From Lama glama (lineage: Eukaryota): 64,000 bases of DNA. The stretch is taken from the NCBI GenBank assembly GCA_028534125.1, contig CM052842.1, positions 9,858,001-9,922,000 on the forward strand, given 5' to 3'. Below are positions 37,046-48,397 of this stretch, one piece after another; the first letter of the stretch is position 1; each line of letters starts with the position of its first letter. A program made the position numbers and the translations under genes. The notes below the pieces were generated by a model that saw nothing but the letters and a program-made list of their open reading frames with translations, had not been told where the DNA came from and searched no databases.

Positions 37046-37649
37046 AGAGATGAAGATGATAGAGATATAGACGCAGATGTAGACATGGATATAGTTCCCA
37101 TCGTCTCTGGGGTCTGGCCCCTGCAAGGCTGTGAGCCCCCAGCCCCCAACTGGCCCTGGTGCTGCCTTCCATCACAGTGTGGCTGGCCCAGAGCTCTCAT
37201 GTCTATATTGTGCCTTAACATTTGCAAAATACATACTCATCCATTTTTTCCCCATTTTAATCCTTACAAGTCCATGAAGTGCAAGGTCCCACGGCTTGTA
37301 ATTGGCAAAGCCAAACCCCAGTGCTGACTTCACTTGAGGCCTTTGGGCTCTAAATTCTGTGCTTCCTCCAACAAAATTCTGCCTAAAGCAGAGTTCTTGC
37401 ATTCTTGCCACATCCTTTGATCTCTCTCTCTCTCTCTCTCTCTCTCCCCCCTCACCCTTTCTCTCTGCAATACTTATTTCAAAGGGACAATATTTGAAAA
37501 ATAATGATACTCAGCCATCTTATTTTTCATTCAGGGTGTGCATCTCCCTCTCAAATCTCCAGTGTGTCTGACCCAAGTTGTGACTAGCTTTGGGTGGTTT
37601 GGGTCCCTGTTCTGGGCTCCATATGCCCTGGCACAGAAGGCTGGGCCTG

Positions 37650-37800
37650 CTTCTCATTGTAACAAGGTTGCGCTAATTAGCTGCATTTGATTTTGCATAT
37701 GGAGAGTGAATGCAAATGAATGCAAAGCAGTATGTAAATTAGCAACATCCTGGCTCTCCAAAAGAAAGAGCCTGCCATACTGATGTCATGACAATGTATA
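37650..37800. promoter_or_regulatory. Candidate enhancer: POU-octamer / SOX / homeobox motif cluster
   Basis: In apparently non-repeat DNA: CATTGT 37655, GCTAATTAGC 37672, TTTGCAT 37692, ATGCAAAT 37710, ATGCAAAG 37720, TATGTAAAT 37731, ACAATG 37791. Motif evidence only. Confidence 0.45.
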
Positions 37801-38009
37801 TTAATAGTCCGTCCCACTAAGGCACACTATTTTTTCAAAAGGGGCAGGCATCGGCTCTTTCTTTCTTTCTTTTTGCTTTGGCATCGTAGTGACTTTACAT
37901 TGAATTCCAAGTTTAGGGTCCTCAAGAAGAAGTTCATTGACCACAATGCTATGTTCTCTATAGAAGATTCTTGTAAACAATGGGGTTTGTTGGAAACAGA
38001 CACAGAGAC

Positions 38010-38680
38010 ACAGGCTTGGGAATTGAGCCATAGAGATGGTGATTCAAAATCCTGCTCTGTGCCTGGGCTCAGAGCTGAGCCTCAGTCTCCCCAGCTGTAC
38101 AATGGGGATTAGATGAGACCGCTTTTAAAGGCAACTGACAGACAGTAAGTGCTCAGTAAGTCTTCATTCCCTTCTCCACACTCAGTCCTTCCTCCTGTGG
38201 GAGTCTAAACTGGCAAATAGAGGAGGCAGAGGGGGTACATCTCCTAATCCTTGCTTGCCCTGCATTGCTTGCTGTCTTGTAGCCCAGTGATTTTTAACAA
38301 AGACTCTGTGACCTCATAGACTCCTCCAGAAGTGACTCAGTGACTCTGTCTTGTGCCCAAAAGTACCATCTCCTGTGAAAACAGCAGCTATTCTTACAAA
38401 GCTGGCAGATTCCTTGACTTTTAAGATTTAGATCAAGCATCACTGTATCCTAGAAGACCTTCATGGGGCCTCTAGAGACTAGGGGCCCCCCTCTGTCCCC
38501 AGAATGCCCCGTGGGCTCCATGGCTGTGTTCTGCTCCTGGAACTTGCTTATCTTCCTCCCTAAACACACTGGGTGTTTCTAACAGACAGGGGCGAATCTA
38601 AATCACCTTTGTGTCCTTAGCCCACGGAACAGGGCCTGGCAAAGAGCAGGTGCACAGCAGGTGTGGGAGGGAGGGGAGGA
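38010..38680 (+). mobile_element. MIR (38010-38165) and L2 3' end (38410-38680)
   Basis: ctgagcctcagtctccccagctgtacaatggggatta; cacctttgtgtccttagcccacggaacagggcctggcaaagagcaggtgc. Confidence 0.65.
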
Positions 38681-39084
38681 GGAAGGATAAATGGAGAGAC
38701 GCATCATCACACATTTAGCTGGAGCCAAGCACACACGTATGTGCAGTTACACACGGCAAAACCCTGACGCAAATCAAAGTCTGGAGATGCATAAACACCT
38801 GAGCTTAAATCCTTGCCACCAAGTCCCACCTCAGAGCAGAAGGAGGCCACAGGGACACAAATCTGCCCTCAGGCAAAGACCTCAATTCCACGCAGGCAGT
38901 GTAGGGACAGAGGGGCTTCTGTTTAGGGCACCAAGCCTCCCAGACCAGCCTAACGCACTCAGAACTGAACATCTGAATATTCTGACCATATGTTAAGGAT
39001 TCATACTCTGAACCTGGAGCCTCTGGCCGGATGCGAAATAAGTAGCTGGCTGTTGTTCAAAATGCCTGTCCCTCCACCCGTGAG

Positions 39085-39355
39085 GAGGGAGCACACGCAC
39101 ACACGCACCATTGCCAGGCGCACATGGAGGCACGCTCACGTGCACACAGACCCACCGCCATGCTATACGCGTGCACAGATGCATACAGACTCCCGTGGTG
39201 TACAGACTCATCTTCAGAATATACGCTCACTGATGTGACACTAGCACAGGCACACGCAGGCGTGGGCATGTGTGACACAGACCCACCTTCACACTATACA
39301 CACACACTTAGAGGCACACATTTAGAGCACCTCACAGGCAACAGACACACACTCT
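39085..39355. repeat. Degenerate CA-rich low-complexity tract
   Basis: Alternating purine/pyrimidine runs (cacacgcacacacgcac...). Confidence 0.8.
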
Positions 39356-39679
39356 GAGATTGGCTTCATCTTCCTCTTTTGTTCCAGACACCCAGACACC
39401 ACTCTTGACGGTTACCGGCATTTCTGAAACTCCCCAGATGGAAAGTACAACATGGCCCCAGAGTCCCACACCCGGCCCGCCTGCCCAAGCCCATGGCCCG
39501 ACCTCAGCTCTCATCAGGCCTCTCAGGGCTCCCCTTGAGGTGTCCCCCCACCTCCTCTGAGGGCTCTTAATAAATAAATGCCAGGACCGAAAGGCAGAGG
39601 TATCAGCTGAGAGACCTGGCTGCCCTACAGGAAGGACTCTGTTCACCACCCTCTCCAGCATTTCCTCGTGACGGCTCTT

Positions 39680-39790
39680 GCGAGAGCCATTCTCACTTTG
39701 CAAGTGAAGAAACTGAGAGATGAACTGAGATGCCTGGCAAACCGAGACCAGGCCACAGCGCCCGGGGCCGAGGGCTGGACTTGCTCCCCT
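39680..39790 (-). mobile_element. MIR SINE
   Basis: cattctcactttgcaagtgaagaaactgagagatg...ggccacagc. Confidence 0.55.
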
Positions 39791-40730
39791 GTTCTGAGCT
39801 CTTTGCAAAACAAACTCTTAGGAAGATTACAGTCCAACGACCTAGGGTGAGACTTCTCCTCCCCCAGAGGAGAGGAGACCGAGAACCTCTCTACAGGCAC
39901 ATCAGGGAGCGGCTAGCATTGCCCTTCCCCGCGGTGAGAGCAAAGGCTACCATTTTGCCCGGCTGCTGGAAGCTGCAGGAAGCTCGGGAAAGAAACAGCA
40001 GTAAACGAAGGAGAAAGAGGAGGAAAGAGAGAAAGAGAAATACGGGAGGAATGGGAGGCAATTAGGCAATTTACCTTAGAGGGAAGAGTGGGTTCTCCAT
40101 GGAAACAAAAGTGCCCGTTTGTCTTAAGATGCCAATAAAGAGGAAAATTTTAAATCACTTCCACCCAGGAGGCAGGAATGATTGCCCCGGCTACACAGCT
40201 GAATTTGAAAAACATTCCTATCAACCACCGTGCGTCCCAGCTCCCACCTAGACCAGGTGCTGTGGGGCTGATTTTAACAAACGCACGCCTCACACACCCT
40301 ATTTTATCTTAAACGCGCCTTTTAGGCAAATACGATTCTGGAATCATTTTATCTCTTCCTCCATCTTTCCACTGAAAAGAAAAGAAGGGAGAAAAGGAGG
40401 GAGGAACTAACAGACAGGGAGATTTGGGCAAAACTTGGGCACCTGCCAGGACACCAGGAAGGGTCTTTCCTCCAGACAGAGGAGCTAGAGGTGAGCACAC
40501 GTAATAAGTCTGTAACTCACCAGCCCTTGTGCCAAGCGATGGGGCCTGGGAAAACTCCTCGGCACCTGACCCTCCTCTCTGCGAAGGAGAGGTGACTTAC
40601 CCCCAGTCTCTCGTGGATGGTTGTACAGACTTAACTCACAGACGGCGTCTGTGAAGGAACACGGTGGAGGGGCAGGCGCAGTAAACCCGCCTAAACCTCC
40701 TTCCTTCCCTCCCATGTGGCGCATGTATGG

Positions 40731-40732
<2 letters not shown>

Positions 40733-40782
<50 letters not shown>
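40733..40782. repeat. (AC)25 microsatellite
   Basis: Perfect dinucleotide run. Confidence 0.98.
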
Positions 40783-40784
<2 letters not shown>

Positions 40785-40919
40785 ACGCACCCACCGCCCT
40801 ATTTAAGGGAGAAGTCCCTCTCTCCCCAGAGAGAACATCTATCCTGATTTCCAGCGCCTCGTGCTCTGAACCGTTCTTACCGTCTGCCCTTCAGGAACAA
40901 CACACGTCCTGGTATTCTC

Positions 40920-41730
40920 CGTCTGCCCCCAGCTCCACCCAGATCCATTCTCTGTGCCCGAGGAAGCTGAGCCACCAGAAGAACGGCATCTCGCGGTCTC
41001 CCTGGCTTTCTGGTTTCTGGTGGGGCTCAGCCTACAGTGTAACCACGCAGGAGGACCCTGTGGGGCCTTCCAGGGTCAGACCCCTCCCCCATCTCCTTGG
41101 CTGGAGCTCCTCTCAGAAGGGCCCAGAAAATAGTATCTCATGTATATTTCCCGAGCTTTTCAGATGCTAAAAACCACCACCCAAGGGAAGAAATTAACTA
41201 CTTGATGACCCAGCACGCGTGGCCCCCAGACCTCCTGGCGCCTAGGGTTTGATGGCGCTGACCTCCCGGTTACCTCCGCATCAACCAATCAGAGGATCGT
41301 GCACCAGCTGATCACGTACCCTGAGACCCACCACTCCCTCACCTGGATTTTAATATGCTTTGCTGAAACCCTTCAGGGAATTCAGGTTTTCCTTGGGCTG
41401 GAGCCACCCTGTCCTTGCTCGGCCCCGCAGTAAACCTTTCTCTGCTGCAAACTCCGATGTTTCAGTTTGTTTGGCCCCGTGGTGCCACGGGCACATGAAC
41501 CTGTCTTCTGTAACAACAGGAGGGCTTAGAATGACGCCGGAGGGAGGAAGAGGGAGAGATTGGGGCACTTCGCCCACTCCAGCTCTGCCGTTCTGGGGTT
41601 CTATCTGGCAGCCTCCCTGCTGAGGCCACAGCCTCCACTGGGTTCCTGGAACCTTGCTGCCCCACCTCAGAAACCCCAGCTTACTATAAGTAGGTCCCGA
41701 AGGCCACAGCACCTCTCCTTGGCTCCTTAA
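40920..41730. mobile_element. LTR16-like ERVL LTR split by an ERV1 LTR
   Basis: ctccacccagatccattctc...ccctggctttctggtttctggtggggctcagcc before the insertion; ggagggaggaagagggagagattggggcactt...gaggccacagcctcc after it. Confidence 0.6.
41038..41515 (+). mobile_element. ERV1-class solo LTR (artiodactyl ALTR2-like)
   Basis: 478 bp with TG...CA termini and a perfect 4-bp TSD ACAG (41034-41037, 41516-41519); CCAAT box accaatcag near 41285; polyA-like agtaaa near 41429. Confidence 0.9.
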
Positions 41731-41734
41731 CTCT

Positions 41735-42245
41735 TCTAGGTTAATTGTAGACTTGTAACCAACCACCCTAAAACTCATCGGCTTGAAACATTAACCCATT
41801 TTTTGTTCATAATTCTGTGAGTTGGTAATTTGAGTGGGGCTCGGCTACAAAGTCCTTCTGCTCAAAATGGTGACGACTGGACTCACACATACATTTGTAG
41901 CCAATTGCTGGTCATTTAGGGGCCGGCTGGTCCTGGATGGCCTCACTCATGTATCTGGTGGTTGGTGTTGGCTGGTGGTTGGGTCTGTCTCCCCCTGAGG
42001 CCTCCAGGGGATGAGTGCAGGCTTCTTTACATGAAATCAGAAGCATTCCAAAAGGGTGAAGGCGGACACTCCAAGCCCCCTGGAACTCACTCCAAGTCAC
42101 TTTTGCCACAATCTGTTCATCCAAACAAGTCACAAACCAGCTCAGATTAAAAGGGGTGGAAAAATAATTCCACAGCTGGATGGAAGGAGCAGCAAAGGGA
42201 GAACACACACTAGGGGGGAGGAATTTGTGGCCATGAAACACCACG
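41735..42245 (-). mobile_element. MLT1G/H-like MaLR LTR
   Basis: gtaaccaaccaccctaaaactcatcggcttgaaaca...gatggcctcactcatgtatctgg...aagtcacaaaccagctcagattaaaagggg. Confidence 0.85.
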
Positions 42246-42349
42246 GCTGCCACCCCTACCAGCGGTTCCTTCCTTTCCTTCTCTTTACAGTTCCAAGCAT
42301 ACCTTTTGTTTCCTGCTGGGACAGTGATGGGCACAATATATAACGTTAT

Positions 42350-42640
42350 GTATGACATCATACCATACCCTACCCTTCTCCGAACTGCTTTTTATGCTTA
42401 ACATTATGTTTTTGAGACTCATCCGTACTTCTCAGATGGAGCTCTCGTCCATTTATTTTCACTCCTCCATCACCCTTTTTGGACGAGTTTACTTTGCCCA
42501 TTCTCCTGTGGATGGACACTTAGCTTAGCAATTTTTTCTGTTACAAACACTACATTTCTCCTTTGCACATGAGAGTCCTCTGGGGAGTATAATTAGGAGT
42601 AAAGTTGCTGTCGTGTGATACTGCCAAATCACTCTTCCAA
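42350..42640 (-). mobile_element. L1ME 3' fragment
   Basis: ctgctttttatgcttaacattatgtttttgagactcatcc...ccattctcctgtggatggacacttag...ctgccaaatcactcttccaa. Confidence 0.75.
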
Positions 42641-42769
42641 CGTCAATACGGTCTTTAATAGAACAAATAGAATCTGAGAGCTGAACGAAGCTCGAAAAAC
42701 TGGGCTCACTTTACATTATGCAATTAGCTGTATTTTGAAAAACCGTAGCAATGTTTGGTTGGAATGAGT

Positions 42770-42875
42770 CTCCCACCCCAATATAAGAATCCTTTCAACC
42801 GTGTTCCCAGGAGATGGTCAAACAATCCTTGCCTGAACTCTTGAGAATACACAGGAGGGAGCTTGTTACTTTAAC
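42770..42875 (-). mobile_element. L3/CR1 3' fragment (tentative)
   Basis: agatggtcaaacaatccttgcctgaactc...ggagggagcttgttact. Confidence 0.4.
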
Positions 42876-42989
42876 TGTGATTCCCTCTGCAGAACAAGAA
42901 TCATTTTGGGAAAAAGAATAATCCTATCCTTTTGCACCGCTGTCGAAGCCCGAGGTGCACGGCCAGACGGAGAAGGAGCAAGAGACGAT

Positions 42990-43460
42990 GAAGGCCGTAG
43001 AAGGTGGGGTAGGTTCAGAGGGGGACCGTCCTGCCCTGGCGAGGAGCGTGCACTTTATCCTGAGGGCAATGGAAAGTCACTGAAGGAAGCCGGGCAGGAA
43101 AGAAGCAGGTTTAGATTTGGTTTTTAAAAAGTCAGTCTATCTGCAGTATCCAAAATGGAGGCAGAGGGACCAGAGAGAGCAGTGGCAATGACCCCATGAA
43201 GAGATGATGATGCCCCAAAGAAGAGACACTAAGGATGCAGAAAGGAACTTGCTCCAAGTGGCTGAGACCAGAATCTGGCATATAACCTGCATATGGCATT
43301 CCCCGCCCTGCTCACCTCCTTGAACATTCGTTCCTTTAGCTGTAAAACAAGGATAATAATAGTGCCTACTTCATAGGGATTCGTAGGGTTGAATGGATCT
43401 TATATTTCAAGACCTTAGTGTCTTTAAATAATGGTGTGTTCAATAAATGTTGGCCACTCT
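42990..43460. mobile_element. L2 (- 42990-43220) and MIR (+ 43300-43460)
   Basis: actttatcctgagggcaatggaaagtcactgaagg; ctgtaaaacaaggataataatagtgcctacttcataggg. Confidence 0.75.
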
Positions 43461-43494
43461 GATCACTGAAGAACCATGGACGAGACCTAGTGAC

Positions 43495-43835
43495 TACAGC
43501 AGTTAGGGGAGATTAAATTGTAACAGAGAGATCCAGGAATGCATAAGGGTTAAAACACCACAGAGTTTTATTTCTTATTCCCATGTCAGTCCAAGGACAG
43601 CATCTCTGATGGGCAGACAGCTCTCCCCAGATGGTGACTTAGGGCCCCAGGTCGTTCCACTGTCACCTGGGACGTTGTTGTTCTCTTCATCCAGCCTGAG
43701 GAAGCAGAAAAGGGCACACTGGCTTATTAAAAGCCCTTGCACCTGGGTGTGGGCACAGCACCCCTGGTCACATGCCATTGGCGAGAACCAGTCACGTGGC
43801 CACACCCAGCCGTGTGGGAAGCTGGGAAACACAGA
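43495..43835 (-). mobile_element. MLT1J/K-group MaLR LTR
   Basis: ggttaaaacaccacagagttttatttcttattcc...cacatgccattggcgagaaccagtcacgtggccacaccc...gggaagctgggaaa. Confidence 0.75.
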
Positions 43836-43846
43836 CACTGGCTGAG

Positions 43847-44045
43847 CAGCCCTTTCTCTCTCCACCTTGACGCTGCTGGCATTGCAGGCTGGATGAGTCT
43901 TCGTGGCGGAGCTGTCCTGTGCACGGCAGGATGTTTGGTAGCATCCCTGGCTCTACCTACTGGACGCTAGTAACACCCCCCCTCCCCCCAGGGAGAGGGA
44001 AATTCTTGGCAGGGGTGGAGTGGGGGGCGGCTGCCCACCTCTGTA
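43847..44045. mobile_element. MER20 hAT MITE
   Basis: ggagctgtcctgtgcacggcaggatgtttggtagcatccctggctctacctactggacgctagtaacaccccc. Confidence 0.85.
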
Positions 44046-44089
44046 GGAGAGAGGAAATGCAAGCGAATCGCTTAGCTCAATTCTTAGTC

Positions 44090-44230
44090 CCCACTCGATT
44101 ATGAGCTCCCTGAGGCAGGGATTTTCTGTATTTTATTTGCTGCAGAGCTCCTAGTCACTATCCCCTGCACCGAGAGCGGCACCTGACACCTAGAAGGCAC
44201 TCAATACACAGTTGTCCACTAACTGGATGT
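44090..44230 (+). mobile_element. L2 3' end
   Basis: ccactcgattatgagctccctgaggcagggatt...cacctgacacctagaaggcactcaata. Confidence 0.75.
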
Positions 44231-44689
44231 GCTCTGTAGACTGGACCAAAATTCAGCCTTCAAACATACTCTGGGTGCTTCCAGGAAGCAAGCCCTGTAC
44301 TCATAAAGGATGCCCTCTCACTTGTGTCGGGGAGTATTATTCATAATAATCATCATAATTTTCAAAGGCCAGTGGGAAGCAGGGCACCACAAGAGCTCTG
44401 CCCACCCCCACCCCACCTCTGGTGATGCTGAGCACCTGGTACCTAAAGACGAGAGATTTCAGCTCAGGCTGCTGCTCCACTGCTGCTGATTTCATCTTCC
44501 CGAAGGACCTCCCAATGCTCCTGCTATGCCCGATGCCAAGCCGTTGCATCCTCTGAAGGAAGACCTGATTATGCTGGAGGCAGCCACCTGCAATTTCCCG
44601 TCCGCTAAGTGAGGCTCCGTGGGGTTTTAATTCCCCCTTTCACTGCAGAGGCCCCCGTTCGTTCTTTTAAGTACTTCCCCTCCTCCTGG

Positions 44690-44790
44690 CTCTGACATCT
44701 CTGTCAACATCACGGGGCAGGAGATATAGTGACATTATGGTTGCCATGGATTAATCTAACAGCTCTATTGATTTCTTGGTTACATCTGCT
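44690..44790. promoter_or_regulatory. Candidate enhancer: RFX / OTX / ONECUT / MEIS motif cluster
   Basis: GTTGCCATGG 44740, GGATTAATCT 44748, TATTGATTT 44766, TGACA/TGTCA at 44693, 44702, 44730. Motif evidence only. Confidence 0.35.
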
Positions 44791-45084
44791 CCAAAAGAGC
44801 CACGGAGACTCGGCCCCTCGGGGTCTGGAAAGAGAAAAGAAGAGAAACGTAAGTGGACATTTTCTTTCCCTTTCAGGAAATAATAACTACAAACAAATTA
44901 GCTCTCAAGCCCACGTTCAGAAGCATTTATTACAGGAGACCATGAAATAGAAGAACAGCAGTCTAGGCATGTAATGTGTGATGCTGAAGACACCAAATGT
45001 CAAAATGGCCTGAAAAAGAGCCTGCAAGCAGACCCAAGGCAGGGCCATTAAAGGGGCAGGCAGATCATATATAGAATAAGAAGA

Positions 45085-45230
45085 CGCTTACTAGCTCTGT
45101 GAAATTAAAATCTCTGAGCCACGATTCCTTCACCTGCAACCGGAGCTAAGAATATCTACCTTGCAGGATTCTTGTAAAGAATAAATGAGGCAACAGGTGT
45201 GGAAGTACCGAGGAAAGTCTCTGACACACA
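45085..45230 (+). mobile_element. MIR SINE
   Basis: cttactagctctgtga...ctctgagccacgattccttcacctgcaa...tctaccttgcaggattcttgtaaagaataaatgag. Confidence 0.7.
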
Positions 45231-46237
45231 TTGAAATCTTAATTAATATTATCTTGGCTGCGTAGAGGGGAAGAAAAGTGGATACCCAGGAAATCAATGA
45301 CACTTGATAAGAAGAAGTTAAAGTTGGGGCAGCATCGGAACAACTGTCTATAAATAGTATTAGAAACAAAAGAAAGATGTCCACAAAGCCATATGTGGTT
45401 TCTCCACGCTGTAAACAGGCAGTAGCCCCCGTGTCCCTGTAAGGAGGCCATATGGGATGGAAGCCAGTCTGCACCACCTTCTGCTGTAAGCCCACCGCCA
45501 GCACAAAAAGGTCTGCCCTGGACCACCGTGGGGGAGAGCAGACTTCCCACCCTGCCAGTGAACCTTGGTCAGGCCATTACAGAAGGTGGGATTAGAAAGG
45601 GGCCAGATTAAGTTCCAGAGTGGCCTTGCAAAGCAAGACTGGACCTCAACTGCCAGAGAAATAAAACTTGTACAAGAGGGCCTGAGGGACTGTTTTGGCC
45701 AAATATTGCCATCCACACCATCAGACCAGTGGGGCGAGCATTTTGACTCCAAATCATCTCTAAGATGTTAGCCACAGGGGAAGGGGCCCCTCCTTCTTTC
45801 CCTCCTTCCTTCCTTTCCCCCTTTCTCTTCCTCTCTCATGCCCTCCTGGATTGCCAGGCACTGATCTAGGCACTGGGTTCCAGGAGACCATGAGACAGAC
45901 ACTCTGAAGTGGGTCAGCAACCATGACAGTTGGGAAATCTCTGAGGACTCTAGGGATGGTCCAAGGAACACCGGTGCCAATGGCATCCTCTTGCACTTTT
46001 CAGAGGAGAGCCCCGCTGGTCATTTTAAACTTGATCAAGCAGAACCAGGGAAAGCTTTCTGATTCAGAAAAAGGCAAAATCCAGATGGGCTGATTACAAG
46101 TGGCCCTCCCCCAACCAGGAACCTTCAGTGACATGAACCCAGAGTGATCTGGTTTCCTGCAAGACGAACAGAGTCCTGAGTGGGCATTTACAATGTACTA
46201 GGCATTGGGGCCAGATTTGGAGATGAAGGACATCCGT

Positions 46238-46830
46238 GTATTCATTCAACAGACATTTATTAAGCTCCTACTGTATGCCACCTATGACATTAGGCACTGG
46301 ATTCAGAGTAGTTACATTCAGTGGGGAAAGGGCATTTTGTCCTGCTTTCACGCTAGTCGCCGAGGTACAGAAAAGTCAGTAGACCTTCGTAAGTGCAATG
46401 GAACAGGCCAGGAAGGGCTGAAGAAGATGAGTCTACAGAGGAAGTAGTTGTGAGCTCAGCAAAAACTATGTTAAATGAACAGGTGAGACATGGGGAAAAA
46501 ATCGAGTGCAAAAGCAAAGGGGCATGTAAAATCACCAACCGTCAGCGCAGGAGTTAGGCTGGTGCGGCCAGCGAGTGCGTGAAGGTGGGGAAGTCCTAAC
46601 AGGAGGAATGATGGTAACAGAAAGATGGTTGGCATTTCCTGTCTGTTTCCCATGCACTGGGCACTGTTCAAAGGGCTTTAGGTGCGTTCTTTCACTGAAC
46701 ATGCACGTGATTAGCCCGAATGTATAGATGGGAAAACTGAAATAAAGTGACGCTGAGAATTTGCCCAAACTCGCCCAAGCGGCAGAGCTGGGATTCTAGC
46801 CAATGCCAGAGTCTTTGCTCTTCACCCCCG
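46238..46830 (-). mobile_element. L2 3' end (46238-46480) and MIR (46612-46830)
   Basis: attcattcaacagacatttattaagctcctactgtatgcc; tagatgggaaaactga...ttgcccaaactc...ggcagagctgggattc. Confidence 0.75.
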
Positions 46831-47669
46831 ATCCTGGGAAGGTTTCTGCATTTCCCAGGAAGGTTTCTGAACCCAATCCCGCAGGTAATGAAAAGGCCGG
46901 TAAAGGACGCCGCCCGGGCTGTGCTCTTGGGCACCCCACATTCTACACGGAGAGACAGGCAGAGGCCTTTAGAGTGTACACAGCGTGACAGGCGCTGGAC
47001 CATGGGCAGAGACAAAGAGGCCGGTCTCCGCCTCTGCTCCAAATGAGGGCGAGTGGAATGTTCATTTGACTAATTGATGGAGGCTTCACGGAGCTGGTGG
47101 CACTTGAGTTGCGTCTGGAGGCAAGAGAGGGAATTCAGGCAGATGTCAGTGTGTACAAAGGCCTGAAAGCTGGAAACTGCAGATGTCGGAGGCAGCTGCG
47201 TCTGGGGCAGTCTGGCGCAGAGGGGCGAGGAGTGGCAGGAGCGGCACGTTTTCCACTTGGAGCTTTTGGTGGCCCTGAGTCCAGGCTTTAGGCCTTGAGG
47301 AAGCAGTAGCCGCGGGGCTCCTCCAATGCTAGAGAGAACAGCCCTGCATCGCTTAAGGTGGTGGAAGTGAAACTCGTGCGAGAAACCCCTCCATAAATGC
47401 TACAAGCTTTCAAAGTACTTGGCACCTGTTAAGCTGAGCACCTGGGCCTCTAAAAGGCTGAAGGCTGCTGGCAAGATAATGGGCTGATGGACCCAAGAAA
47501 GGTCTCTTTTCTCTTCTCTTTTTTCAAGTCCCTTTTCAGTCTCTGGCTGATATGAGCAAACCCACTGAAAGCACCTGAATCAGGAACAAAGCAAGAGATG
47601 GAGGGGGAAAGCACCTGAGATCAAGCCCTAGCCTGGCTGTGACCAGCTGTGTCCTCAGGACACCACCGC

Positions 47670-47955
47670 CTCCTCCGGAGAAAGACTACATTTCCCAGCC
47701 TCCTTTGTAATTGTTTGGGGCCATGTGACTAAGTTTTGGCCAACAGACTGTGAGCAAAAGGCAGGAAAGCCACTTGCAGGACTTGCCCTTTAAAACCTCC
47801 CGCGAGACCCTCTTCCCCTCTTCTTCCTTCCACAGAGACTCTGGGGGACCACGTGCTCCAAATGGTGCATGGATGGAGGAGAGCCAGCTAACCCAATAGG
47901 ACCGCCACTTGGGCAAGAAATACATTTGATTCGTTAACCCGCTAACACATTAAGG
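47670..47955 (+). mobile_element. MLT1I/J-like MaLR LTR
   Basis: aagactacatttcccagcctcctttgtaattgtttggggccatgtgactaagttttggccaac...gcaagaaatacattt. Confidence 0.75.
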
Positions 47956-47983
47956 ACCCCCTGTCCCTGCAAGACTGACTCTC

Positions 47984-48154
47984 CAGTGGTTCTAAGTGTG
48001 GTCCACAAACCTGCAGCATCCACTTCACCTGGGAAATTGCTTGAAATGCAAATTCTCCAACCCTGTGTCAGACCTGCTGAGTCAAAAATTCTGTGTACGG
48101 TGCCCAGAAACCCTCTTTGTGGGATTTTGATGCAGCCAAAGCCTGGAACCACTG
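47984..48154. mobile_element. MER5A hAT-Charlie MITE
   Basis: TIRs cagtggttct / gaaccactg; cacctgggaaattgcttgaaatgcaaattctc...cagacctgctgagtcaaaaattct. Confidence 0.9.
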
Positions 48155-48169
48155 GTTTACTCTACTATG

Positions 48170-48330
48170 CTACTGTGTGCCCTTCGTCCTCTGAGCCTCA
48201 GTTACCCCTTCTGTCAAATGGGGGTAAGAAGACGCCCCCTTGCCGCGTCCACGCGAGGGTTAAATGCCACCACGGGACACCACGTGTGTAAGTAATCTAG
48301 CTCGAGCGCCCACACACGGTCCGCATGCAA
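48170..48330 (+). mobile_element. MIR SINE
   Basis: ctctgagcctcagttaccccttctgtcaaatggggg. Confidence 0.7.
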
Positions 48331-48397
48331 CCTGGAGCCAGAGGACTCGGGAGAGCCAGAGAAACAGACGGTGGGATTCCTGCCCGCCTTCTGGAAC

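Noticed and set aside
40485-41170. ORFs with HT/CV repeats
   Set aside because: Artefact of the (AC)25 microsatellite.
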